Source: Octopus sinensis | Lineage: Eukaryota | DNA: 64,000 nt | NCBI RefSeq assembly: GCF_006345805.1 | Contig: NC_043001.1 | Coordinates: forward strand, 127,658,001 to 127,722,000 | Reading direction: 5' to 3' | Shown here: positions 38,341-50,857 of the stretch, in pieces | How positions within the stretch are numbered: position 1 is the stretch's first letter | Layout of the letters: each line of letters opens with the position of its first letter | Notes under the pieces: generated by a model | What the model saw: only the letters and a program-made list of their open reading frames with translations | Databases searched by the model: none | Told to the model about the DNA's origin: nothing | Made by a program: the position numbers and the translations under genes

Positions 38341-41300
38341 CTTATCTTCAGTGACTTCTTTTTTAAAAAAAAACGGTAGGCGCAGGAGTGGCTGTGTGGT
38401 AAGTAGCTTGCTAACTAACCAACCACATGGTTCCGGGTTCAGTCCCACTGCGTGGCATCTCGGGCAAGTGTCTTCTGCTATAGCCCCGGGCCGACCAATG
38501 CCTTGTGAGTGAATTTGGTAGACGGAAACTGAAAGAAGCCTGTCGTATATATGTATATATATATATGTGTGTGTTTGTCCCCCTAGCATTGCTTGACAAC
38601 CGATGCTGGTGTGTTTACGTCCCCGTCACTTAGTGGTTCGGCAAAAGAGACCGATAGAATAAGTACTGGGCTTACAAGGAATAAGTCCCGGGGTCGATTT
38701 GCTCGACTAAAGGCGGTGCTCCAGCATGGCCGCAGTCAAATGACTGAAACAAGTAAAAGAGTAAAAGAGAGTATGTGATTTGAGGGAGATTTTACTATTG
38801 TTTCTATCATGTCAATTAACTATTTGAGACTCCCTTATTTCATTGGTAAATTGCATAAGTATACAATAACAGAATATTTCATGTGTTTTTCTAAATATTT
38901 AATCTATTTGATGTTTAGTAAAAATGTTTGTCTTCAAATTCAGCAGTCCCTTAATTTAATAAGCTCTCCATAATTGTTTTGCTTTTGTGTTGTTTTACTG
39001 TGTATGTGTAATTTTCTTTTTGTTTTTTTGTTTATTTGTTTGTTTTTTTGCTTAGTTTCCTCTGTGCAACTGGGTTATAATGTTACCAGATCTTGGTTTG
39101 CGGATCATTAGAGCAGCGGTGTTTATATTGCTATGTTCTGACCTGCTGTGTTAATGTACTAACTCATAAGCCTTTACTCACACTGGTTGGTACTGAAATA
39201 GATTGCTACTTCATTTGTCATCATTTTATTGAAATGCTGCTTTATTTGATGATATTGAAGTGGGCTGCAACTTCATCGATTGATATTGTACTGAAAACTA
39301 ATATTGTATTGGAGTACCTTTTCATTTGTTGATATTGAATTTGAATGCTGTTTTATTAGTTGATATTGAACTGGGTGGCTAGTTTTGTGGTCGATGTTAT
39401 ACTGGAGTGTTGCTTCACTGGAAATATTCCAGGTGCCTTCTATATCATAGTTTTCTATTTCCCTCACCTTCTTCTCATCACAGTCATTGCATATACTCTT
39501 TTACTCTTTTACTTGTTTCAGTCATTTGACTGCGGCCATGCTGGAGCACCGCCTTTAGTCGAGCAAATCGACCCTGGCACTTATTCTTTGTAAGCCCAGT
39601 ACTTATTCTATCGGTCTCTTTTGCCGAACCGCTAAGTGACAGGGACGTAAACACACCAGCATCGGTTGTCAAGCAATGCTAGGGGGACAAACACAAACAC
39701 ATACATATATATACATATACATATATACGACAGGCTTCTTTCAGTTTCCGTCTACCAAATCCACTCACAAGAATTTGGTCGGCCCGGGGCTATAGCAGAA
39801 GACACTTGCCCAAGATGCCATGCAGTAGGACTGAACCCGGAACCATGTGGTTGGTTAGCAAGCTACTTACCACACAGCCACTCCTGTGCCTATATGTATA
39901 ACTTCTTGAAAGTTATATACAGTAGAGGGATCTTTCACCTTCCATGTTTTCTTTCTCCAATTTGTCTTGTCTCTCTCTCTCCCTCTCTAGCTTTTATTCT
40001 AATGTCACTATTTCCTAATCCGTATTAAGGGATGAATTATTCTCCAGGAGCAGAAAAAGCTTAATATTCACAACCAGCTGTCTATCTCATTTATTGGCCT
40101 TTGTAGCAACCCTGATGTTTGAACTGTAGCTTCTGATCATTGATCATGTATTTTATTATTCAATGGAAGCATGGATTAAATGGATTAAACAGGCTTCAAC
40201 TCATATCCTCCTTCTTCCACTCTGCCTTTTATGCTGACAGTACTAGTGAGTCATATGTTGTTCCTGTTGATTTCTTTAGATATATCTCTTTCTAATTGTA
40301 TGGCGCTTTTGAATGGGCTAAGGGGTACATGGATGTATGTCTGTAGGAATGGAAAAAGAGAGAGAGAGAGAGAGAGTATTTCTTTATTCACCATAAGGTT
40401 GAGAAAAAGAGGGGACAAAACAAACGTGGGGGTCAGGGTATCGAATGAATAAACAAACAGTTGAAATATATACAATTAAATGAGAATGAGTGAATAACAA
40501 AAAATGAAGCGGAGGACGCGGTCGACCCCACAAACCACATACTCACACTGAAGACTTTGCTTTATCCTTTTTTACATTCTCGATTAAACAGGTTCTTTCA
40601 CTCGCAACATACTTGCTATAGACTTCCATCTTTTACGAAACACACTTTGCGACAGGCATTTCTTCTCCAGCCTTATTTTCCGTTTCATGTGGAAAACGAA
40701 AAAGTCGATTAGCTCGAGACTGGAGATAAGCATGCCTGTTGCAATTCCTTTTACTCTCGGTCTCTATCGGTCTCTTTTGCCGAACCGCTAAGTTACAGGG
40801 ATGTAAACACACCAATATCGGTTGTCAAGTGATGTTGGGGGGACAAACACAGACACACACTTCAACTCTAGGCTTTCTTTCAGAAGTATAGAAAAGAATG
40901 ATACAAAACTATCAAGTTATGTCTAGAGTTTGAAAGAACATGCTATTGGTTTCAGCAGGAAGTAAAATTTCTTGAGAAATACAGACTATACTGAAATGGG
41001 ACAATATGCTGTAGGTTATGCATTGATGAGAATAATCTCATACTCAAAAGCATTAAATAGTTAAGCATTGATCCTTATACATAGGAATGATGAACTATCT
41101 AAATATCAGATCAGAGACCTTTACTAAATGTCGCCATTTCAATAAGTACCTCCCAACATGCTGGAAGATCATACAACCATCTAATTGAATGCATTACTAT
41201 GTAACTATTTATCACATATTCTATATTTTCCTCATCACTCTTGACCCACTAATAGACACTCAGATCTCATTACACTTTATAATAATTAACTTACATTTAT

Positions 41301-41641
41301 AACTTCAAATTTCCCAACTGATCTTTGTTTACCATATTTGTTAATGCTTTCACTTTTTTAATTTTCTTTGTTTAAAACTACCTGAGGGAAATAAACCCTT
41401 TTAATATATTTAATTACTTATACCTTTTGCAACTTCTAAAACTCATAATGCAATTCTGGAAACACTGATACATGTCATGGATATTTTAAGAACTGGTTGA
41501 ATTTATTATATGATGATTGTTTAAAATTACTATGTATGTATTATCACTAACAGACTATATTATTTCATGTATGTATACACACACACACACACATATATAT
41601 ATATACATAGGTATATGCTTTAATTTTTTTTATTTATTTAG

Positions 41642-41767
41642 ATATCTGATGGTGCTAATGCAATTTCTATTGGAAATCTTGGATCAATCCAAAACAAACT
41701 GGCCATTGTTGGTGGCAACTGTTCAATACAAGGTTTTGACTATGAAGGCAATGATGTATTTTGGACT
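41642..41767 (+). CDS. BBS2: BBS2 coding exon 3 ([42 protein letters not shown])
   Basis: Acceptor TTTTAG-type (TTTAG), donor ACT|GTAAGT, 126 nt. Conserved DGANAI, GGNC and QGF motifs. Confidence 0.96.
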
Positions 41768-43222
41768 GTAAGTAACATTTTGTTTATACCTGTAATATCT
41801 CTACATTTTTGTTTTTTTTAGTTTCCTGCACCTGAGACAATCTGTACTTGATCCTCATTGTTTATAATTGTAAATATTTATGTAAATGTTTTCCAAACCT
41901 ATGTTTGGTGCAGGTGTTGCTGTATGTTACAGAAGTTTGCTTCCCAGCTATGTAGTCTGAGGTTCAATCTCACTGTGTGCCACCTTCTCCAGTTGACCAA
42001 AGCCTTGTGAGTGGACTTGATAGATGAAAATAGGAAGAAGCTTGTAATATACGTGTGTGTGTGTGTGTGTGTATACCCTTGACCTGACATCATGTGATGG
42101 TTGCAAACAAGCAACGTTGTTTGGTCCTAGACCTCTGTCTAGCCATAGGGAAATATCACCTTACCTGGAAACAGGTAAAGGTTGGCAACAGGAAGGACAT
42201 CCAGCTGTAGAAAATCTGTCTCAACAAAATTCAGTCTGACCCATGCAAGCACAGAAAAGTAGATGTTAAACGATGATGATATCTGAGAGGCTTGTAAGCC
42301 CTAACCAATGCCTCCACCAGTGTATGTGCATGCATTCCTCATATTATGCAGGCATTGCATTCCTGAAAATCTAAGCTGAGCATGAAATTTTGCAACTCAA
42401 AAACTATTTTCCCTTTACTTTCTATGTTATGGAACATGTTAGTCAATTGGAAAATAAGTTTCAATATGTGTGTATGTGTATACACACATACACTCACATA
42501 AATTTATGTATTATCATCATTATTTTATGTCTGATTTCCATGCTGGTATGCATTGGACAGGTTATTGCTGCACTTCTAGATGGATCAAGAGACTACATAT
42601 CACTTGTAAGTTTCATTTTTGGCTTGGTTTCTATGGTTGCATAGTCTTAGTAACAACAGCCACTTTACGGTGTACTGGGTGCATTTTTTTATGGCACAAA
42701 CTCAAGAGAGTTAGTCGTGTTTTCAATAAGATTAAAGGGACCTCTCAACCCCCACATTTCACAGAATGCATTGGGTGCATTTTACTGTAGCACTAGAGAC
42801 ATAAGAGTATGATGGAGAGTGGAAGATAGCAAGAGGTGAGGAAATAGTGATGAATAATGAAGGATATGTAAAAAGCACCATCCGATTGTGGCCGTTGCCA
42901 GCCCCGTCTGGCACCTGTGCCGGTGGCACGTAAAAAGCACCCACTACACTCACGGAGTACTTGGCGTTAGGAAGGGCATCCAGCTGTAGAAACATTGCCA
43001 GATCAGACTGGGCCTGGTGCAGCCTTCTGGCTTCCCAGACCCCAGTTGAACCGTCCAACCCATGCTAGCATGGAAAGCGGACGCTAAATGATGATGATGA
43101 TGATGTCAATACCAAACAGCCAATGGGCAGTATTGGTAGAATGCATCAAGTTAAGGACTGTCAGAGTAACGTCCCTTGCAAGTACAACTTTATACTTTTT
43201 TTTCCACATTGATGTGTTTCAG

Positions 43223-43285
43223 GTCACTGGAGATAATGTGTGTTCACTGGCATTGGTGGATTTCAATAAAGATAACCTGAATGAG
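43223..43285 (+). CDS. BBS2: BBS2 coding exon 4 (VTGDNVCSLALVDFNKDNLNE)
   Basis: Acceptor TTTCAG, donor GAG|GTAAGG, 63 nt. Conserved VTGDNV.SLAL.DF. Confidence 0.95.
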
Positions 43286-44011
43286 GTAAGGAAATAAAAA
43301 TAGTATTTTTTTTCATTTTCATCCTATCTTTTACTCGTTTCAGTCATTAGACTGCGGCTATGCTGGGGCACCACCTTGAAGAATTTTACTCTGGTAGATC
43401 AACCCCAGTACTTATTGTTTTTAAGTTTGGTATTTATTCTATTAGTCTTTTCACCGAACCACTAAGCTATGGGGATGTAAACACACCAACACCTTTTGAT
43501 GAGCAGTGGTGGGGGACAAACACAGACACAATGACACACACACACTCAGCTATATAGATATGTATATAACAGGCTCCTTTCAGTTTCCATCTATAAAAAT
43601 CCACTCGTATGGCTTTGGTCAGCCCAAGGCTATAGTATAAGACACTTGCCCAAGTGAATGATAATAATGGTAGCATTAATGGTATTGACAACGATAATGA
43701 TGCTAACTTTAATGACACTTTAGAAATTAGTAGGAAGTAATATAATGTACTATTGACTATGTATATTTGCATCTAGGTACTAATATGTGTATGTTTATTA
43801 TCACAATATTAAGTCGAAAAACTGAGACATTGGATGTGGAACATATATATGTTTACTAATTTATATTATTTATTTATATCATTATGTATATATATATTTT
43901 TATATGTATAGGAGTGTGAGTATATACACTCATATGTATATGTATATGTTGTATTATGGGTATGTACCCACAATTATGTGGATATATATGTAGACTGATT
44001 TATATTACATA

Positions 44012-44138
44012 ATCTCCGAAGAGGCCTTATGATATTTTTGTAAATATCTCATTTATATCTATATATTGACCTACCATAAAAGGCTAATATTGGTAAAATG
44101 AGACATACTTATCTACATGGCCGAAACAGCTGTAAGAT
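44012..44138 (+). ncRNA. Minimal hammerhead-like motif with about 90-nt stem II loop, in an AT-rich relic (about 43800-44330)
   Basis: ATCT-CCGAAGA-GGCC...GGCC-GAAACAGCTGTA-AGAT. Stems I and II pair, stem III is palindromic, GUA site; one core change (U4 to C). Confidence 0.6.
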
Positions 44139-44499
44139 GTAATCTATACTTATATTTATATTTACTTATATTTATATTCTCTTTTATATATATTCTACTT
44201 ATTATACAACATTACTCTTTTATGTACATTCCTTTATGTACACTGATTTGTTCTGCTTTTTATAATTAACCCTACAGTATCTTATGTGGTGGTTTAATAA
44301 AGTATGTGATTGAGTATTATCTGGTAATTGATATTTGATTTAGATGTATTTCTCCATTTTCTTATCGTGTATATATATATATATATTTGTAGCTCAGTTA
44401 AAATATATACAGAAAGTGTATTCTTCTATCAGTAATTTTTTAATCTTCAAATACTGAAAATTTTCTAAAATAAAAATCTATTTATCTATTTATTTTCAG

Positions 44500-44577
44500 C
44501 TGGTTGTTGGCTCTGAAGATTTTGATATAAGAGTCTTCAAGGAAGATGAAATAATTGCAGAAATGAATGAAACAGAA
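44500..44577 (+). CDS. BBS2: BBS2 coding exon 5 ([26 protein letters not shown])
   Basis: Acceptor TTTCAG, donor GAA|GTAAGA, 78 nt. Nearly identical to human [26 protein letters not shown]. Confidence 0.97.
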
Positions 44578-44659
44578 GTAAGATTAACAACTTTTGAAAT
44601 ATACATATATATATATATTTAAAAGTTTTTATTATTATTATTATTATTATCATTATTAT

Positions 44660-45012
44660 ATAGGGCCGTTGCCAGCGCCACCCGGACTGGCCTCCGTGCC
44701 GGTGGCACATAAAAAGCACCATCCGATTGTGGCCATTGCCAGCCTCGTCTGGCCCCCCGTGCCGGTGGCATGTAGAAAGCACCATCCGATCGTGGTCGTT
44801 TGCCAGCCTCGTCTGGCACTTGTGCAGGTGGCACGTAAAAAGCGCCCACTACACTCACGGAGTGGTTGGCGTTAGGAAGGGCATCCAGCTGTAGAAACAC
44901 TGCCAGATCAGACTGGGCCTGGCGCAGCCTTCTGGCTTCCCAGATCCCAGTTGAACCGTCCAACCCATGCTAGCATGGAAAACGGACATTAAACGATGAT
45001 GATGATGATGAT
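44660..45012 (+). mobile_element. RTE 3'UTR-only copies with variable internal tandem units. Others: about 13800-14000 -, 14495-14685 -, 18760-18985 +, 34360-34620 +, 42865-43105 +, 53830-54122 +, 63425-63815 -
   Basis: Same sequence and (GAT)n tail as the 3' end of the RTE at 1765-2844. Confidence 0.85.
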
Positions 45013-45939
45013 TATTAGCCCCAGGTTGTATGTTTCATTCATTTATTTTTTGCATTATTAGTTCTTGTCATGTAGTTGTCAAACTCTACTCATATCAAGA
45101 AAATGTCATTGCATCCTTTTCCCTTAATCATGAGCAGCATTCAACTAGAACCCTCACAATTGTTCCAAGTAGTAGACTTCACTATCGCCAGAAGATCTCT
45201 TCTGATGGAAACATAACATAGCTAGGACCACATCCCACAATTGGCCCTTATCATTTTGACCAGGGGATAGATACTTCAGTTCCCCCTGCAGTTGTTGACA
45301 CTCTGAAAATCTTAGGTGAGCCCCACAATGGATTGTTGCTCTCACATCTGAGACAGTGCTGCTGCTACTGCCCACAGAGACATCTTAAACTGCAACCAGG
45401 AAGGGCCACCACTAATGACTGGCAGAAAGTCATTCTCAGATACATTTCAGTCTCTGTCCCACAGATGCATTGCTTCTTCTCTCTGTCTTTTTTTACACTA
45501 CTGTAATGGTCTCTGATCTGGCTGGGCTCATGTCATCTATTCAGGCACATTCAGTCCAATTGCTTCTCCTCTTCTCATCAATCTTGTTGTTGTTCTCTCT
45601 CCATGCTTGCCACTAATCACCACAGCTTGTTCATCATATCCAAATGGTCATTTCTCTCAATACTCGTGTCTTTTCCACAGATGTTGACTTGCAAGTATTC
45701 AAGAACTGTAATAGCATCAGTCACACAAGTCTAGGCAGTCTTGTAAAGACCATGGACACTTCCCCTCCCTCCTGACTAGGAAAAAAAAAAGAAAAGCACA
45801 ATAGAGAAGGACTAATATTATTGCATCTTGATTTCAATCCACAGCTGAAACTACTTCTTATGACCCAATAAATGTTTGAAAGGAATTGTTATCATGGTTT
45901 TTAATATTTATGTCATTCAACCTAAGCCAGCATGGAAAA

Positions 45940-46231
45940 TCTTTATATATAAAAGTGAAGTTGTGTGAGTGTCTGTCTCCTACGATTTAGATTCCTAACT
46001 ACTCCCACATTTTGTGGTGCAGTTTAACCAAAAGCGGGTATCTTATAGACGTGATTCATATTGAGCCCTCTGGTTAATAGCACATGTCTACGATTTAAAA
46101 AAAAATTTACCATCATTTTTTCCCATTTTTAATGCACTTTTTTTGCTATTATATAAGGGAAGTAACTCTCTAAAAATGCTTATATAGTTATTTCCCTTAC
46201 AAACCCGAGCAACGCCGGGCGATACTGCTAG
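45940..46231 (+). mobile_element. Non-autonomous Helitron, internally deleted
   Basis: A|TC...CTAG|T termini of the same family; 292 bp. Confidence 0.87.
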
Positions 46232-47312
46232 TGGGTGATAAACGCCACTGCCAATTGTGTATTCACATTTATGTGTTATCATAGCCTAAAATTATGTCTA
46301 TATTTTGAAATTTGTTTCAAGAAAGTGATTGAAGAACATACCAACTGAAATTCATTACCATTATAGAATGTCTCATTTGTGCTAGTATGTGTGTGTGTTT
46401 GTATGTGTGTGTGATGTCAATTAATGTGTGACAGAGTGTTGCACACATTTATTATATGAAGCAAAAATCAACCAAACCTAGAATCCTGATCTAATGATAG
46501 GGCAGAACAAAATAATTCAGGATTCTAGTTTCAACTTGAATACTAAAGTTGCTTCCTCATACCTTCAAGAGCACTTGAATCTGATATTGCAAGTAAACAA
46601 AATATCTGTTAATTATGCTGCATTCCTATTTCTTTACTGCAATACCTACTTGAATATTTGCTATGATGGTGACTGTATATAAGAGTGGCTGTGTGGTAAG
46701 TAGCTTGCTTACCAACCACATGGTTCCGGGTCCAAACCCGTTGCGTGGCACCTTGGGCAAGTGTCTTCTACTATAGCCTCGGGCCGACCAAAGCCTTGTG
46801 AGTGGATTTGGTAGACGGAAACTGAAAGAAGCCCGTCGTATATATGTATATATATGTATATGTGTGCGTGTGTGTTTGTGTGTCTGTGTTTGTCCCCCTA
46901 GCATTGCTTGACAACTGATGCTGGTGTGTTTATGTCCCCAACACTTAGCAGTTTGGCAAAAGAGACCGATGGAATAAGTACTGGGTTTACAAAGAATAAG
47001 TTCCGGGGTCGAGTTGCTCGACTAAAGGCGGTGCTCCAGCATGGCCGCAGTCAACTGACTGAAACAAGTAAAAGAGTAAACTGTTGATCTAGTGGAGTTT
47101 GACATCCTATCAACCCATCCACCCTGTAGGTTCATACAATCTTAATTCTATGCAACGAATTCAAACCATTTTTGGTATCTTACTTCTCTCTTTTTTGCTC
47201 TACTGTGAATTTTAATTTTTGATTAGCAGTTTTGATACTTATTTAATACTGTAAAAAGATTTAGTGATGTCTTCCATGCTGTATAATCACCTTTACCTTA
47301 TTTGTTTTCTAG

Positions 47313-47417
47313 GCAGTTACATGCTTACATTCCATGGGTGACAATAAATTTGCCTATGCATTACAAAATGGTACAGTGGGTATCTATGAACGTACTTCCC
47401 GGCAGTGGAGAATAAAG
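47313..47417 (+). CDS. BBS2: BBS2 coding exon 6 ([35 protein letters not shown])
   Basis: Acceptor TTCTAG, donor AAG|GTTGGT, 105 nt. Conserved F.YAL.NGTVG.Y...SR.WRIK. Confidence 0.95.
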
Positions 47418-47649
47418 GTTGGTATTTTTAGCTACTGGTTACCTTCTTGTTTTTAGAAAGACTAACTTATTAGTGGACTAGTTTAACTTGGAAAGGGCTT
47501 GATTTTGTATGGTGCATACACAGAAATACACATGGACATGTGTATTAAGGTAGTAGAGAGTAAATGTAATTCAAGTTGATAGATCCAACGTAACATTCTA
47601 TTCTGAGTTTTCAGTGGATGTGTGTGTGTGTGTGTGTGTGTGTGTTGTG

Positions 47650-47704
<55 letters not shown>

Positions 47705-48916
47705 TGTCCTCAACTTCTGATAGAACAGTAGGGGCATGTCTTGAGCACTTTAAATCTGATAGAGCTGATTCCTCTCCCGGACTGAACACAGTCAATTTCT
47801 TTCAAAGAGTAAGTTTGTGTGTATGTGTGTAAGAGAGAGAGATAGATAGACAGACAGAGACAGAAGCATGAAGAAGAAGAATCACAACTCCAATACTTTA
47901 TTGATCAACCCCGGAAGGATGGATGAAATGCAAAGTTGACTTTGGTGGGATCTGAACTCAGAGAGCAGAGATGAAAACCGTAAAATACTTTTTCTGGTAT
48001 TCTAACAACTCCACCAATTGATCACCTTAAATGTATAAATGTGTATAAACACATTTAAATGTTGTCATTCTTATGTGACACCTTGTATGTATAACAACAC
48101 CGAGTAATTTGGATACTGTGACACTAGTTGAGACATTATGTAATATATTGAGGCTAGTGCCACTGTAGACCTATAGTGGGATTTGAGCTCAGCTCACACT
48201 TGAAGTAATTATCAAGATACTGAAGCATGATGGTCCTAGTGCCAAGAAGGCAGGAGTGTTTTGTGAATGGATTTACTCTCTTTTACTCTTTTACTTGTTT
48301 CAGTCATTTGACTGCGGCCATGCTGGAGCACCGCCTTTAATCGAGCAACTCGACCCTGGGACTTATTCTTTTGTAAGCCCAATACTTATTCTATCGGTCT
48401 CTTTTGCCGAACCGCTAAGTAACGGGGACATAAACACACCAGCATCGGTTGTCAAGCAATGCTAGGGGGACAAACACACACACACAAACACACAAACACA
48501 CACACACATACATATATACGACAGGCTTCTTTCAGTTTCCGTCTACCAAATCCACTCACAAGGCTTTGGTCGGCCCAAGGCTATAATAGAAGACACTTGC
48601 CCAAGGTGCCACGCAGTGGGACTGAACCCGGAACCATGTGGTTGGTAAACAAGCTACTTACCACACAGCCACTCCTGCACCTAGAGGATTGGTCAAAGCT
48701 AGTTCCATATTGACACAAAGTGTTAATATGATCACTCATCCTGCTAGAAATAGCAACCATGCCAAAAGCCTTGAAAAGAGACAAGGACAGACTTAAGATA
48801 AAGTTATGATGAAAATGTTTTTAATGATAAGTCTGTTTGGGCATGGCTTACCTGGGGTTAAATAACCACATTACACTGGTAAACATATATCTGAGCGCAC
48901 ATTCGTTTATTGTACA

Positions 48917-49551
48917 CTAGCAGTATCGCCCGGCGTTGCTCGGGTTTGTAAGGGAAATAACTATATAAGCATTTTTAGAGAGTTATAGCCAAAAAATAGC
49001 AAAAAATGCATTAAAAATGGAAAAAATATGATGGTAAATTTTTTGAAAAATCGTTGACTCATCGTAGACATTTTTAGAGAGTTACTTCCCTTATATAATA
49101 GCGAAAAAATGCATTAAAATGGAAAAAAACGATGGTAAATTTTTTTTAAATCGTAGACTCATGTAGACGCTTTCTTAGCCATTTCTGTTTTGGTGTCTTC
49201 AAGCCATGAAGTCGTTGTTCTAAAAGAACGCTGGTCTCCTTGACAACGCATTACGACGTTGATTTCCTTACACTCCCTTCCCCACAGGTGCAGGTGTGAG
49301 CGTGGACGCCAACTCCGCCGCCATCGACACACGAAAAATTATGCATTAAAATGGAATAAAAAATGATGTTAAATTATTTTTAAAATCGTAGACTCATCGT
49401 AGACACGCGCTAATACTCAGACGGGCTCGATATGAATCACGACTATAAGCTACCCGAATTTGGTTAAACTGCACCGCAAAATGTGGGAGTAGTTAGGAAT
49501 CTAAATCGAAGGGGACAGACACTCACACAACTACAGTTTTATATATATAGA
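48917..49551 (-). mobile_element. Non-autonomous Helitron, long variant with an extra GC-rich segment (about 49170-49340)
   Basis: Family termini and A|T target; 635 bp. Confidence 0.85.
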
Positions 49552-49574
49552 TATACATAGCGCAGTAGTGGTGA

Positions 49575-49900
49575 GATGTGACAGCAAAGAAAAGCATACA
49601 TTCACTCTCTGCATGCAATTAGACTCGGAAAGTTCGTGAGGAACCCATTGACCCAATTTGCTGACTTTTCCGATAGCACACAGGTCTCAATGAATGGTTG
49701 AATGACCAAATCCAAGCTTCTCTGCTAGTTCCTCAACAGTTACGATGAGATTTTGTTCCACCAGGGTTTTCAGGATGTCCTTGTCGAGTTCTACAGATCA
49801 TTCAGGATGAGGCTCGTCTTCTAGGCTGTTCCAATATAGCTTTGAAAAAAATAGCTGTTAAAATCGAAATGCACTCTTCAAAACTTGCACTATGAATAAG
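49575..49900 (-). mobile_element. mariner transposase fragment (a second N-terminal fragment lies at about 60265-60420 -)
   Basis: TVEELAEKLGFGHSTIH...KLGQWVPHELSE contains the mariner WVPHEL motif. Confidence 0.85.
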
Positions 49901-50857
49901 GACAAGATAAAATTACTACCTGCTTTTATAGCAAGTTAATATAAGTAGTTTATCCCATTCCCCTCTGACTTTTAGTTCAAGCTGTTGAAAAAACCGCATT
50001 ATTATATATATATACATACATACATATACACACACACTCTCTCTCTCACACACATGCACACATTTATATTCTGTTATTCTTTTATATGTTTCAGCATTGA
50101 GGTTGTGGCCATGCTGGATCATGTGTATGTGTGTGTGTGTCTATCTGTCTGTCTGTCTGTATGTATATATGTATATGTATGTGTGTGAACAATAATATTT
50201 TCAACAGATGTGTTGCAAATGTATCTGATTGTTCTCAAGCTTCAATACTGTGTGTGTGTGTATGTGTGGTGTGTGTATGTATGTATATGTATGTATGTAT
50301 ATGTATGTATGTATGTATGTGTGTATGTATGTATGTGTGTGTATGTATGTGTGGTGTGTGTGTATGTAGTATGTATGTATGTATGTATGTATGTATGTAT
50401 GTATGAGTGTATGTTTACTTTATTACTAACACAAGCCACTACGGTTATTTAATGTAGTCTTCCTCAAATCACTATCTCTGGCTATTTACTCTCTTCCAAG
50501 AACATTTTCACTCACACTTATGTGTTAGCTTCCCATACATTTTACTCATGTATCTATCAGCGTGATAGAGAGAAACAAATATTACATCTAGTTTCACTTA
50601 TTCGTTGCCCACTGTGTGTGTGCGTTTGCGTGTGGTGTAAACCAGACTAAGAAAAGCATTTGACACACACACCAGAATGTGAGTTTTCTGTAAATCTTGC
50701 TTAATTGGAGTTTAAATTTTAAAAACTGGACCTGGCATGACGCGATGCATTGTACTCTTAAAAATGCCAGGTAAATTGTAATTGAAGAAATCCTATATTG
50801 TAGATTTGTATAACTCCCAAAGGGAGGCAGATAAAATCTGCCTTTTATAATTAGAGA

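Noticed and set aside
38593-38778. Recurring ORF MTTDAGVFTSPSLS... and related ORFs
   Set aside because: These are incidental frames of the family B SINE.
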